A stretch of 64,000 bases of DNA from an uncultured delta proteobacterium (GTDB lineage Bacteria > Desulfobacterota > RBG-13-43-22): NCBI GenBank assembly GCA_963711835.1, contig CAVQFQ010000004.1:320001-384000 (forward strand), in the 5' to 3' direction. A model generated the notes under the pieces. It was given only the letters and a program-made list of their open reading frames with translations, was not told where the DNA came from and searched no databases. This document shows, piece by piece, positions 37,174-46,417 of the stretch; position 1 is the stretch's first letter, and every line of letters starts with the position of its first letter. A program made the translations under genes and the position numbers.

Positions 37174-38331
37174 TTACCCCTGGCCCGGGCCGGAAGAAGA
37201 GTGGCTGCTGACCGAACGATAAACCTCGAGGGTCTTGCGGGCCGCTTCTTCCCAGGAAAACCGGGTGGACTGTTCCAGGCCCAATCGGCTCAGGCGCATT
37301 CTTTCTTCCGGGTTTTGTAACAAGGCCACGATCCGGTCAGCCAGGTCCTGAATCCGGGTCGGATCCACCAGAACGCCGGCCGAACCCACAATTTCCGGGA
37401 TGGAGGAACGATTGGAAGAGATGACCGGCGTTCCGCAACTCATGGCCTCCAGGACGGGCAGGCCAAAGCCTTCATAAAGAGACGGGAAAACAAAAAGCTC
37501 GGCCCCGTTCATAAACAGGGGGATGTGTTCCATAGGAACATAGCCGGTAAAAAGGACCTGGTCCCGTACGGGATAATTTTTCAGATAATGGCTCAAGGCC
37601 CGGGTCAACCACCCTTTCTGGCCGCTGACCACTAATTGATATTCATTCCCCAGCTCGCGACAGACCCGGGTGAAGGCCTCCAATAAAACGATCAAGTTTT
37701 TTCGAGGCTCGATATTGCCCAGGTGATAGATAAATTTTTTCGTAATGCCATAGCGCTCTTTTATCCGGGCTTGAACCTCCTTTTTATCATGGGAACGAAA
37801 GATCGGGGAGGGGGCCTCATGAATCACGACAATTTTTTCCGAAGGCACCTCCAATATTTTAATCAAATCCTGACGGGTGTGATAAGAGACCGCAATGATT
37901 TTATCGGCTTTCTTCACCGCCTGTCTGAGCAAGTAGCGCATATAAGCCCCATATTTCAGAGGAATCGTTTCCGGAAAAAGGAAAGCGACCAGGTCGTGGA
38001 TGGTTACGACCAAACCATAATGATCTTTTCTGAAGGGGATCAGGGAAGCGGGGCCGTGAAAAACATGGATGCCCATCTTTTTCAACCGAACAGGTAAAAT
38101 GAAATGTTCCCAAAAATCACTCAAGGGGTGATTCTCATGGGAAAACAGGGTAAGAAAGGGGTTCTGTTCCCGGGCCAGATGCCCCAGAAGGGGCAAATTT
38201 TTCTTCTGGGACAGGAAATAATAAATCGGTCCCGGATCAACCTGTCTCAAGTTTTGTATGAGGTTCAGGACATAGTTCCCCACCCCGGAACGGTTGGGCA
38301 GAACGGTCCGGACATCAATCGCGATTTTCAT
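37174..38331 (-). CDS. glycosyltransferase family 4 (mannosyltransferase-like)
   Basis: TIHDL, EPRKN, PSLYEGFGLPVLEAMSCG. Confidence 0.9.
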   Translation of the reverse strand: MKIAIDVRTVLPNRSGVGNYVLNLIQNLRQVDPGPIYYFLSQKKNLPLLGHLAREQNPFLTLFSHENHPLSDFWEHFILPVRLKKMGIHVFHGPASLIPFRKDHYGLVVTIHDLVAFLFPETIPLKYGAYMRYLLRQAVKKADKIIAVSYHTRQDLIKILEVPSEKIVVIHEAPSPIFRSHDKKEVQARIKERYGITKKFIYHLGNIEPRKNLIVLLEAFTRVCRELGNEYQLVVSGQKGWLTRALSHYLKNYPVRDQVLFTGYVPMEHIPLFMNGAELFVFPSLYEGFGLPVLEAMSCGTPVISSNRSSIPEIVGSAGVLVDPTRIQDLADRIVALLQNPEERMRLSRLGLEQSTRFSWEEAARKTLEVYRSVSSHSSSGPGQG

Positions 38332-38369
38332 GGCTCAAAACGGGCAAGGTCTCGGGTTATCATGTTAGG

Positions 38370-39824
38370 TTAAAGGCCTTCTTCCGCGTCAGCGGAAGAA
38401 AAGCGCAGCATTCTTTTCAGCAGTTGCCAGTCTTCCCGGGTTACCAATCCGAACAGGAGCAGGCCGGCCAGATAAATGCTCAAGGCCAAAGGCCAGACCA
38501 GCCCCGGCGGCGAATTTCTAAAGGCCCAGAGCGGCCAGGCCATGCAGCCGCCGCAAAGAATAAGCCGGGCCAGGCTCCGGAGCCAGGGAAGGCGGAAGAA
38601 AACCCGCTGCAAGTGCCAGAGATAAAACCCGGACAGGAGTATTTCGGTCATCACGGTGGTTACACTGGCCCCCAAATAGCCGTAGGCCGGCAGGATGAAC
38701 CAATTGAGCCCCAGGTTAAAAAGGACGGCCGCCCCACTAGCCCAGGCTATCATTTTTTCCTGGTTGATGGCAATTAAAGTATGAAAAAAGACATAATTGA
38801 TAAAAATAAAGGGAATGACCCAGATCAAAATTTTCATGGCCGGAACCGAGGGAGAGAAGGAGGGGCCGAATAGGAGAACCAGGAGAGGGTCGGCCAGGAA
38901 GATGGCGGCCAGGACCAGGGGAACGGCCGCTACGGTAAGATAGGTAAGGGTCCTTTGATAGGCCTTTTTCAGGCTCTCTTCGTCCCGGTTCTTTAAGGCC
39001 GTAAATATGGGAAAAACGCCAGCCATGATCAGGTAGGGGAGGAGGGAGACCATTTCGACGATTTTTACCGGGATGGAATACCAGCCAATTTCAGCCGAAG
39101 AAAATTTAAACAGGGAAAGGAGGACGATATCCATCCGAAAATAAACCGTCATGAAAAGGGCCGATACCCCGAGAGGCAGTCCGGAACGAAGGACTTTTTT
39201 CCAGAAAGGAAATTCCCACCGGGGGGGAAAGGGGGTTATTTTTTTCCAAATGATCCGGCCCGATACGAGACAGCTCAGGCCATAAGACCCTACCAGGGCC
39301 AGGAGAAATCCCTCCAAACCGTATCCGGCCCAGAGGACGCCCAGGGGCAGGGCCACCACCAGGACCTTGGACAAGCCTTTAATGAGGAGCTCGATTTCCA
39401 TTCTTTCGATACTATTGGTGACGGCCACCATGAAATCCAGCAGATGATTACCCGACAGATAGAGGAGGCTCAGAAAAGTCAGGAAAATCATTTCCCGGGA
39501 ATAGCCCAGGAGCCAGAGGAGCAAAGGACCCAGGGCCGAGAGTCCCAAAAGGAATAAGCCCTTGATGGAAAGGATATTTCCGGCGTAGCGTCCGAGGATG
39601 GAGGGTTGGCGGGAGACCTCCCTTATTAAAAGGGCATTCAGCCCCCAGTCGGAAAAAATGGTCAGAATCCCGGCCAGGTAATAGGCTAAGGCGTACTTCC
39701 CGAAGGCCTGGTCGCCTAAGATGCGGGCCGAAAAAATAACAAAAAAGAAGGCCAGGGAGCGAACCAGGACCTCGGCTATGAACTTGAGCAGAATGTTTTT
39801 TCGGGCCCGGTGAAATAAATTCAT
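38370..39824 (-). CDS. polysaccharide flippase (Wzx-like)
   Basis: Many TM segments, ARILG...FG.Y, LNWFILP.YG.LGA; adjacent glycosyltransferases. Confidence 0.88.
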   Translation of the reverse strand: MNLFHRARKNILLKFIAEVLVRSLAFFFVIFSARILGDQAFGKYALAYYLAGILTIFSDWGLNALLIREVSRQPSILGRYAGNILSIKGLFLLGLSALGPLLLWLLGYSREMIFLTFLSLLYLSGNHLLDFMVAVTNSIERMEIELLIKGLSKVLVVALPLGVLWAGYGLEGFLLALVGSYGLSCLVSGRIIWKKITPFPPRWEFPFWKKVLRSGLPLGVSALFMTVYFRMDIVLLSLFKFSSAEIGWYSIPVKIVEMVSLLPYLIMAGVFPIFTALKNRDEESLKKAYQRTLTYLTVAAVPLVLAAIFLADPLLVLLFGPSFSPSVPAMKILIWVIPFIFINYVFFHTLIAINQEKMIAWASGAAVLFNLGLNWFILPAYGYLGASVTTVMTEILLSGFYLWHLQRVFFRLPWLRSLARLILCGGCMAWPLWAFRNSPPGLVWPLALSIYLAGLLLFGLVTREDWQLLKRMLRFSSADAEEGL

Positions 39825-39886
39825 GGCTAAAAGCCCTTCGAGGAGCAGGAGATGCGCCGAGAGGAAACGGGAACCGATCGTTGATC

Positions 39887-41479
39887 TCAGATAAGATCCA
39901 GATTAATGCTTATCTTGGCTTTTTCCCGCAGGGAACGGGCCCAGTCTTCGAGAAGGGTGGATCGCTTCTGCTGCAGAAGGGCCTGGGAAAAGCGTTCCTT
40001 GTCTTGTTGAAAGCCGTCAAGAGGCGCGGCCCGGTATTCCTTGAAGACCAGGATTCCCCAATCCGGTCCCACCTGAAATGGTTTCTTGACCACCGGGCTC
40101 GAAGGGCCTAAGGAAAACAAGGCCTGTTGGGCTTCGGGGGAAGAGGCCCAGGAAGGGGTGTTTTTAAAACGGGAATAAAACCCGGTCTCTTGAAGGGATA
40201 GATTTTTGGCCCGGGCCTTTTCCTGAAGGTCCTTCCCCTGGGGTATGGTTTTCAGGAAGGCTTCGGCTTCCGAGAGGGCCAGTTGCCCGGCTTTTTCTTC
40301 CAGGTAATCCTGCCTGACCCTGGCTTCGGCCTGCTCGAAGGGCATGGTCTGGGGGTCTTTTCGGTCTATAGCCTGGAGAATGGCAAAGCCTCTCTTGGGA
40401 CCCAGATCCAGGATCGGTCCCAACTCCCCTTTCTTTAGGGCAAAGGCCTTGTCCTGGAATTCCTTGATCCCTTCCAGCCCCGCCCCGGATTGGCCGAACA
40501 GCATCCAGCCGCTCTCTTTTATCGGGGCCTTGGATTCCCGCCCGTAGCCGGTCAGGTTGCCTTTGGACAGAATCCGGTCATAGAGTTCTTCGGCCTTCAG
40601 ATGGGCTTTTTCCTGGGCCTTCTCCTCTTTCAAGGCGGTCCGAATCGAATCCTGAACCTGGTCCAGGGCCCGGGGTTCTTTTGTTTTAGGTTCGGTAAAT
40701 TTTTGAAGGTTCTGCTGATAGTAGGCCTGGATTTCCTTCTCGGTTACGGCTATGCCGGCCTCGAACTCGCCGGGATTGATCTCCAGATAGGCCACCCGCA
40801 CCTGCAGGGGGGTCCGGTAACGGGATTGATTTTGCGTGTAATAGGTCTTCAGTTGCCCGGGATCGAGGGGGACTTTATTTTTGAAGTCTTCCTTTTTAAA
40901 AAAAATGACCTGGGCATTGATCTCATCCGAAAGATAAGCGTAAAACTGGCGGATCTCTTCGGTCTCCACTTTTATGAAATCATTGAGGAAGACCCTGACC
41001 CTCTCCAACATCAGGTTGTCGGTCTGCTCGGCTTCAAAGTCCTGGGGGGTAATCCGGTTCATCTCCAGGATCTTTTTATAGCGATAGGAATTGAATTTTC
41101 CATTTTCCTGGAAAGCCGCCATCTGCTGTATGGACCGGGAAAGCTCGTCCGGAGTAGCCTGAAAGCCCAGGGTCCGGCCCAAATCCAAAAGTAATTTCTT
41201 TTCAATGATCCCGTCCAGGATCTTTCTTTTGAATTCCGGGGTATAGAGGGTCTTGTCATCCAGTTGCTGGCCGTAAAGGGAGCGCATCCGGTCGGTCATC
41301 TGGCGGTAGGCTTGCTGGTACTCAGCGACCGTGATGACCTTGCCGTTTACCTGGGCGACCCGCGAGGCCCGATCGGACCGAAAGCTCCCCACCCCCCAAA
41401 AGACAAAGACGATGGCGATAATGAAAAGGGCGCCCTTAATAAGCCAGGATTGAGCGTGTTTGCGCATTAAACTTAACAT
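39887..41479 (-). CDS. SurA N-terminal domain/PpiD-like periplasmic folding chaperone
   Basis: MLSLMRK...FVFWGVG anchor, VAQVNG, FQENGKF. Confidence 0.85.
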   Translation of the reverse strand: MLSLMRKHAQSWLIKGALFIIAIVFVFWGVGSFRSDRASRVAQVNGKVITVAEYQQAYRQMTDRMRSLYGQQLDDKTLYTPEFKRKILDGIIEKKLLLDLGRTLGFQATPDELSRSIQQMAAFQENGKFNSYRYKKILEMNRITPQDFEAEQTDNLMLERVRVFLNDFIKVETEEIRQFYAYLSDEINAQVIFFKKEDFKNKVPLDPGQLKTYYTQNQSRYRTPLQVRVAYLEINPGEFEAGIAVTEKEIQAYYQQNLQKFTEPKTKEPRALDQVQDSIRTALKEEKAQEKAHLKAEELYDRILSKGNLTGYGRESKAPIKESGWMLFGQSGAGLEGIKEFQDKAFALKKGELGPILDLGPKRGFAILQAIDRKDPQTMPFEQAEARVRQDYLEEKAGQLALSEAEAFLKTIPQGKDLQEKARAKNLSLQETGFYSRFKNTPSWASSPEAQQALFSLGPSSPVVKKPFQVGPDWGILVFKEYRAAPLDGFQQDKERFSQALLQQKRSTLLEDWARSLREKAKISINLDLI

Positions 41480-41496
41480 AGGTTTGCCTCTGAAAT

Positions 41497-41527
41497 AAAA
41501 AAGGGCCTTACCTGAGCAAGACCCTTT
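41497..41527 (-). terminator. rho-independent terminator of the hdr-flx operon
   Basis: AAAGGGTCTTGC-TCAG-GTAAGGCCCTTT plus a short T run on the minus strand, ~20 nt after the stop. Confidence 0.7.
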
Positions 41528-41546
41528 GAAAAGATAACGTTACCAA

Positions 41547-42857
41547 TTATTCCTCTTCTTCTTCCATCTCCTCCAGGACCACCCCGTCCCGTTCGAACTG
41601 GGTGTCTCGCAGGGCCGTGGCTTGGGCGATTTCCTCATCACTCCAGGGTTCGATGACGATGGATTCGGCCAGAAGTTCCCAGAGATACATGGTCTCAATG
41701 GGCAATTGATATTCCTTGGTCAGGCCCTTCATGATCTGGTCCCGGCAGTTGTGGCAGGGGGCGACCACCAGTTCGGCCCCGGTGTCCCGGATCTGTTTAG
41801 CCTTGACTCGGCCGTAGTAGATCCGTTCCTTATCATACGGCATGGCCCAGGCCCCGCCGCCGGCCCCGCAGCAATAATTGTTCATGTCGACAGGATACAT
41901 ATCCACGTAATTATCCACCAACTGCTGGGTGATCCAGCGGATCTCCGGGCCGTAACTTTTGCCCAAGACCATCTGGCTCTTACGGGTGTAGTTGCAGGGA
42001 TCATGAGCCGTGGTCAATTGCGGATGTCTGGATTTGTCTATCGTCACCCGCCCGCTCTGGATGTATTCGATCATTAACTCAAAGACATTGATTACTTTAA
42101 ATTCCTTAAAGGCTTCCGGAAACCAGTTTTGCAGACCAACACGGGTCGCAAAGTAGGCGTGGCCTCACTCCGGTAGGAGGAGGGTTTTGCATTCCAACCT
42201 CCTGGCATTCTCCAGAACGCGACCCACCTGTTCCTTCCAGGCCGGATCATCTCCTGAAAAAAGGCCCCAGTTGACCCCTTCCCAGTTGGTGGAGGAAACG
42301 GTCCAGTCTTCCTTGGCGGCATAGAAGATCTTCCACCAGAACTTCATGTCGTCCGGCTCGCCGAAAGGTTCTTTGGAGTTGATGGTGGTAATGACATTGG
42401 CGCCTTTTTTATCCACCGGCACGTAAAATCCGGGGCATCCATCGTGGGCCAGTTCCTGGCCCAAATCGGCCAAGAGGCCCAGGAAGTCATCCCGGGGTAT
42501 GCCCAGGTTGTTGCCCCGCTGCAGGTTCATCATGGTCCCTTTGTGAATCGGGCCGGGAACCTTGTCCCGTTCGCGCAAACCCCGGGCCTTGCGGAAGGTT
42601 TTCATTAGATTGACCCCCATGGGACACTGGTTCTCACAGCGGCCGCAGAGGGTACAGATCCAGGGCCAGCGGGAATTAATCAGTTCATCGTCCAGTCCCA
42701 GGGCGGCCATGCGGATGGCTTTACGGGGATCAAAGCCGTCTATCCCGGTCACCGGGCAGCCCCCGGCGCAGGTGCCGCAGGTGAAACAGACATCCGCCAT
42801 CTTGGCATCTACGGCCAGCTTCCTATTTTTTTTGTTGACTCTCAAAGGTTCGGCCAT
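41547..42857 (-). CDS. HdrD-like Fe-S/CCG-domain oxidoreductase, selenoprotein
   Basis: ORFs 42165-42857 and 41547-42074 are in frame across one TGA (LLPE-U-GHAY, the ECGH position); two 4Fe-4S motifs, HDPC, CCGAGGG, CHNC; hairpin at 42128-42152. Confidence 0.88.
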
Positions 42858-42926
42858 TACTAAACTCCTTTGTATATTCTTAAGCTCATCAAAAATAATA
42901 ACTTGTTTTGATCACCGAGGCAAGTA

Positions 42927-43769
42927 TTAATATTCCTTGGGCAGGCTATTTAACTTGGCCAGGGCGAAGACCGGTCCGTCCTTGCAGACGAACTCCGGGC
43001 CCACGCTGCAGCGGCCGCACATGCCGATGCCGCACTTCATCCGGTTTTCCAGGCTCATGATGATCCGTTCCGGCGAAAATCCCAACTTTTCCAGCACCGG
43101 CTGGGTGAATTTGATCATAATGGGCGGGCCGCAGACCAGGGCATAGGCGTCTTCAGCGCTGGGGGCCTTTTTTTCGGTGATAGCCGGAACGAAACCCACA
43201 TTGTATTTCCAGTCCGGGTCGTCGGTGCCGTCCACGGTGATGTGCATTTTGATGTCGTCCCGGGCTTCCCAGGCCGCCAGTTCGTCCTTGTAGAGCAGCA
43301 TGCCCGGTGAGCGGGCCCCGTAAACGACCGTAATATCCTGAAAACGGGCCCTGTTTTTTGGTTCCAGAAGATAGATAATGGTGGAGCGCAGGGTGGTGAA
43401 GGCAAAACCGCCGGCCACGATAACAATGCTTTTCCCTTCCATCTCCTCCAGAGGATACCAATTGCCCAAGGGCCCCCGGACCCCCATGACCTCCCCTTCC
43501 CTCATGTTATGGAGATAGGAGGATACCAGGCCGACTTTATTGACCGTGAATTTAATGAAGCCTTGTTCCGTGGGAGAGGAGGCGATTCCGATGGGGATTT
43601 CTCCCTTGCCGGCTATGGATAATTCGGCAAACTGTCCGGGATGGTAGGCAAAGCGCGGTTCATCCTCCGGGTTCAGAAAGACAAACTTGAAGGTCTTCAG
43701 GTTCCGGTCTTCAGTCTCGGTAATGATCTGATCGATTCGGACCGGGTAGGGTAAATAGGGATTGATCAC
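42927..43769 (-). CDS. flxA: FAD/NAD(P)-binding oxidoreductase FlxA
   Basis: PGQF, VRGPLGN, CGPP, MKCGIGMCGRC..CKDGPVF; GTG 43769 after GAGGGGG. Confidence 0.85.
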   Translation of the reverse strand: MINPYLPYPVRIDQIITETEDRNLKTFKFVFLNPEDEPRFAYHPGQFAELSIAGKGEIPIGIASSPTEQGFIKFTVNKVGLVSSYLHNMREGEVMGVRGPLGNWYPLEEMEGKSIVIVAGGFAFTTLRSTIIYLLEPKNRARFQDITVVYGARSPGMLLYKDELAAWEARDDIKMHITVDGTDDPDWKYNVGFVPAITEKKAPSAEDAYALVCGPPIMIKFTQPVLEKLGFSPERIIMSLENRMKCGIGMCGRCSVGPEFVCKDGPVFALAKLNSLPKEY

Positions 43770-43782
43770 GAAAACACCCCCT

Positions 43783-44826
43783 CTAATTCGCCTCAAAGGC
43801 GTTCATAAGACGGCAGACCTGCCGAATATCGATATTGACCGGGCAGAACTGGACACATCGCCCGCAGCCCACACAGGCCACCCCGTTTTCATATTTATCC
43901 ACATAATATTTCAGTTTGTGCATAAAACGCTGCCGGACCCGCTGTATCTTATGCTCTCGGGGATTGTGTCCGGAGCCGTGCAGGGTGAAGAGGGGAAACA
44001 TGCAGGAATCCCAGTTGCGCATCCGGATCCCTTCCATCCCGAAGACCTCGTCCTGGATGTCGAAACACCAGCAGGTAGGGCAGAGGTAGGTACAGGTGCC
44101 GCAGTTAATGCAGGAGAACTGGACCTCGTCCCAAAAAGGGGCGTTAAACAGTTCCAGCAGGGGCCGGCTTTTCAGACGATCAACAGGCACCGCCTCGCTA
44201 AAGGATTCCTGAGCGGTCTTTTCCAGTTGGGCGGCTTTTTCCTTGTCGGCCGGCGAGGGCTCAGAGCCCGCGGCCTTGGAAAGCAAGGCCTGACCTTTTT
44301 CGTTCAGGGCTTGGGCCAGGAACCGTTCTCCTAAATCGGTCAGCAGGATATCGAGGCCGGCACTGTCAAAAGGGCCGCCGCCCACGGAATGACAGAAACA
44401 GGTGGAACAGGGGTTATTACAACCCAAACCGATCAGAGCCAGGCTTTCCCGGCCCTGTTTCCACCAGGGATCGGTATATTCCGGGGTGGTAAAGTTGATC
44501 TGGACCAGATTTAAAGCCCGGGCGTCGCAGGGACGGACTGCAAAAAGCAGTCGGGGGTTATCAACCGCCGGTAATTCTTTGAGGATATGGGCCTCCGGGT
44601 CGGCCTGATCCAGGGTGAACTGGAACATCCGCTCCGAGGGGGGCTGGACAAAGGCCTTGGGGGAAAGCCGGGTGTTCTGAAAGGATAGATCCGGTTCAAG
44701 ACCGTCCTTCAAAGGGGTAAAGTTGACCTGCTCCTGGTCCCGGACCGGTCCATAAACCTGGTAGGATTTACCCAACTCCTTCAGCCAGGGGGTAAGATCC
44801 TTTTTTAAAATAATTTTTTCGATCAT
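43783..44826 (-). CDS. flxB: 4Fe-4S protein FlxB (AsrA-like)
   Basis: RPCD, CSTCFC, CINCGTCTYLCPTCWC, CVGCGRC...CPVNID. Confidence 0.82.
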   Translation of the reverse strand: MIEKIILKKDLTPWLKELGKSYQVYGPVRDQEQVNFTPLKDGLEPDLSFQNTRLSPKAFVQPPSERMFQFTLDQADPEAHILKELPAVDNPRLLFAVRPCDARALNLVQINFTTPEYTDPWWKQGRESLALIGLGCNNPCSTCFCHSVGGGPFDSAGLDILLTDLGERFLAQALNEKGQALLSKAAGSEPSPADKEKAAQLEKTAQESFSEAVPVDRLKSRPLLELFNAPFWDEVQFSCINCGTCTYLCPTCWCFDIQDEVFGMEGIRMRNWDSCMFPLFTLHGSGHNPREHKIQRVRQRFMHKLKYYVDKYENGVACVGCGRCVQFCPVNIDIRQVCRLMNAFEAN

Positions 44827-44926
44827 AACACAAGTCCTTTTTTAATTGCCGGCCGTCAGCGCCCGGCGGCCGGCTTTTCCTTGGTGGAAGATTTTAAGCT
44901 CTAAGCTGATGGACGAACACCGGCAG

Positions 44927-45877
44927 CTATTTTATAAATCCTTCCGGATCATCAGGGAGGTAAACATCCAGGGGCGGGCGGCCTTCCGGAATTACACCGG
45001 CTTCGAAATGATACAGTTCCCAGATGTCCTTTTCCAGTTTTTTGGTGAACTGACGGACCTTGATACCCACCGGGCAGGCCCGTTCGCAGGCCCCGCAATC
45101 GGTGCAACGGCCGGCACAATGATAGGCCCTGAGAAAATGAAAGGTCCGGATATCCGTTTTATCCAAGCTCTTGCCGACCCATTGTGGTTTGGATTCATCG
45201 ACAAAACAGTAAGGGCAATAACAAAGAGGGCAGGCATTGCGGCAGGCGTAACAGCGGATACAGGGGGCTATCAGGTCCTCAAAGTATTGCCAGCGGGCTT
45301 GGGGATCCAGGGCCTCAACCGCCCGGACGTCCTCGTAACGGTCCACATCGGTCTGCTCGGGAACCGGGTCGGCCAACAATTCGTCGTAAATGACCGGATT
45401 TCGATGGATGCAAATGGCGCAATTATCCTGGAGGAAATCTTTCTTTTCCAGGGTTTCCGTGAAACCCTTCCCTCCAACCGTAAGCTGGGTCTCCGATTCA
45501 TGGGCCTGGAGGATATCCTGCTGGCTGACCCTGGCCCAGATCTTTCGCCGGTCGACCATCCCCCGGCAGGGTGCACCGATGATATGGATCTGCTCCCGGG
45601 TTACCTGTCCTTCCTGGAGGTGGACGACGATATTCCGGCTGTCACAGCCCTTGGCTACTACGGCCAGCTTTTCTTTCGATTTGCCTATGTAGTTGGCCAG
45701 GTTTACGCCGCAAAAGGAGTCCCAGTAAAGCTGATCGGTCTTTTCCGGGTCCCGGACCAGGATCGGCTCGTTCATCATGGGAACGCTCCCGCGGCGATAG
45801 CCGATGACGGCGTCCACTTTTTTATCGGTCAAGAGTCTCTTGGCTATTTCCCGGATCTTTTGGGTATATTCCACCAT
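44927..45877 (-). CDS. flxC: 4Fe-4S protein FlxC
   Basis: KGCD, CIRCYACRNACPLCYC, CTDCGACERACP; lies between flxD and flxB. Confidence 0.8.
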   Translation of the reverse strand: MVEYTQKIREIAKRLLTDKKVDAVIGYRRGSVPMMNEPILVRDPEKTDQLYWDSFCGVNLANYIGKSKEKLAVVAKGCDSRNIVVHLQEGQVTREQIHIIGAPCRGMVDRRKIWARVSQQDILQAHESETQLTVGGKGFTETLEKKDFLQDNCAICIHRNPVIYDELLADPVPEQTDVDRYEDVRAVEALDPQARWQYFEDLIAPCIRCYACRNACPLCYCPYCFVDESKPQWVGKSLDKTDIRTFHFLRAYHCAGRCTDCGACERACPVGIKVRQFTKKLEKDIWELYHFEAGVIPEGRPPLDVYLPDDPEGFIK

Positions 45878-45878
45878 G

Positions 45879-46313
45879 CTAAGCCACCTCAGGCATTCTC
45901 TTAATGTAATGTTGGGCCGGCCCCAGCGCCTTGACGGCCCCGGTAACTTCGGTTACCACCTGCTGAAATTTTGTCGCTTCGGCTGAAGATACCCAGGAAA
46001 AATGCAGGCGCCCCGGTTCAATGCCCATGTGCTCCAAAAGGCCCTTCAAGACAGCGAATTTGCGCCGGGCATAATAGTTCCCGGCTATATAATGGCAGTC
46101 GCCGGGATGGCAGCCTGAAACCCAGACCCCGTCGGCGCCATGGCGAAATGAAGCCAGAACGAATTTCGGATCCAACCGGCCGGAACAGGGAATCCGGACC
46201 ACGCGGATGTTCGGGGGGTACTGTAAGCGGCTCACACCGGCCAGATCGGCCCCTCCGTAACTGCACCAGTTGCATAGAAAGGCAATAATTTTCGGTTCGA
46301 ACGGTTCACTCAT
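45879..46313 (-). CDS. mvhD: MvhD/FlxD 2Fe-2S protein
   Basis: FLCNWCSY.GAD.AG, PCSGR, GCHPGDCHY..GN. Confidence 0.92.
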   Translation of the reverse strand: MSEPFEPKIIAFLCNWCSYGGADLAGVSRLQYPPNIRVVRIPCSGRLDPKFVLASFRHGADGVWVSGCHPGDCHYIAGNYYARRKFAVLKGLLEHMGIEPGRLHFSWVSSAEATKFQQVVTEVTGAVKALGPAQHYIKRMPEVA

Positions 46314-46334
46314 CTAAAAACTCCTTAAGAATTA

Positions 46335-46411
46335 AGGGTCAAGGATTCAAGGGTTCAAGCGACGGGATTTGATTTCCCGTGAAGCCTGGACCCCTTGACC
46401 CCTGGGACCCT
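46335..46411. repeat. palindromic octamer-repeat element
   Basis: GGATTCAA/GGGTTCAA units facing CCCTTGAC-type units; related half copy at 57090-57126. Confidence 0.65.
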
Positions 46412-46417
46412 GTTTTT

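Noticed and set aside
44846-45904. Long antisense ORFs (44846-45904, 8240-9190, 40490-41194 and others)
   Set aside because: They are shadow frames opposite well-supported genes and carry no family motifs.
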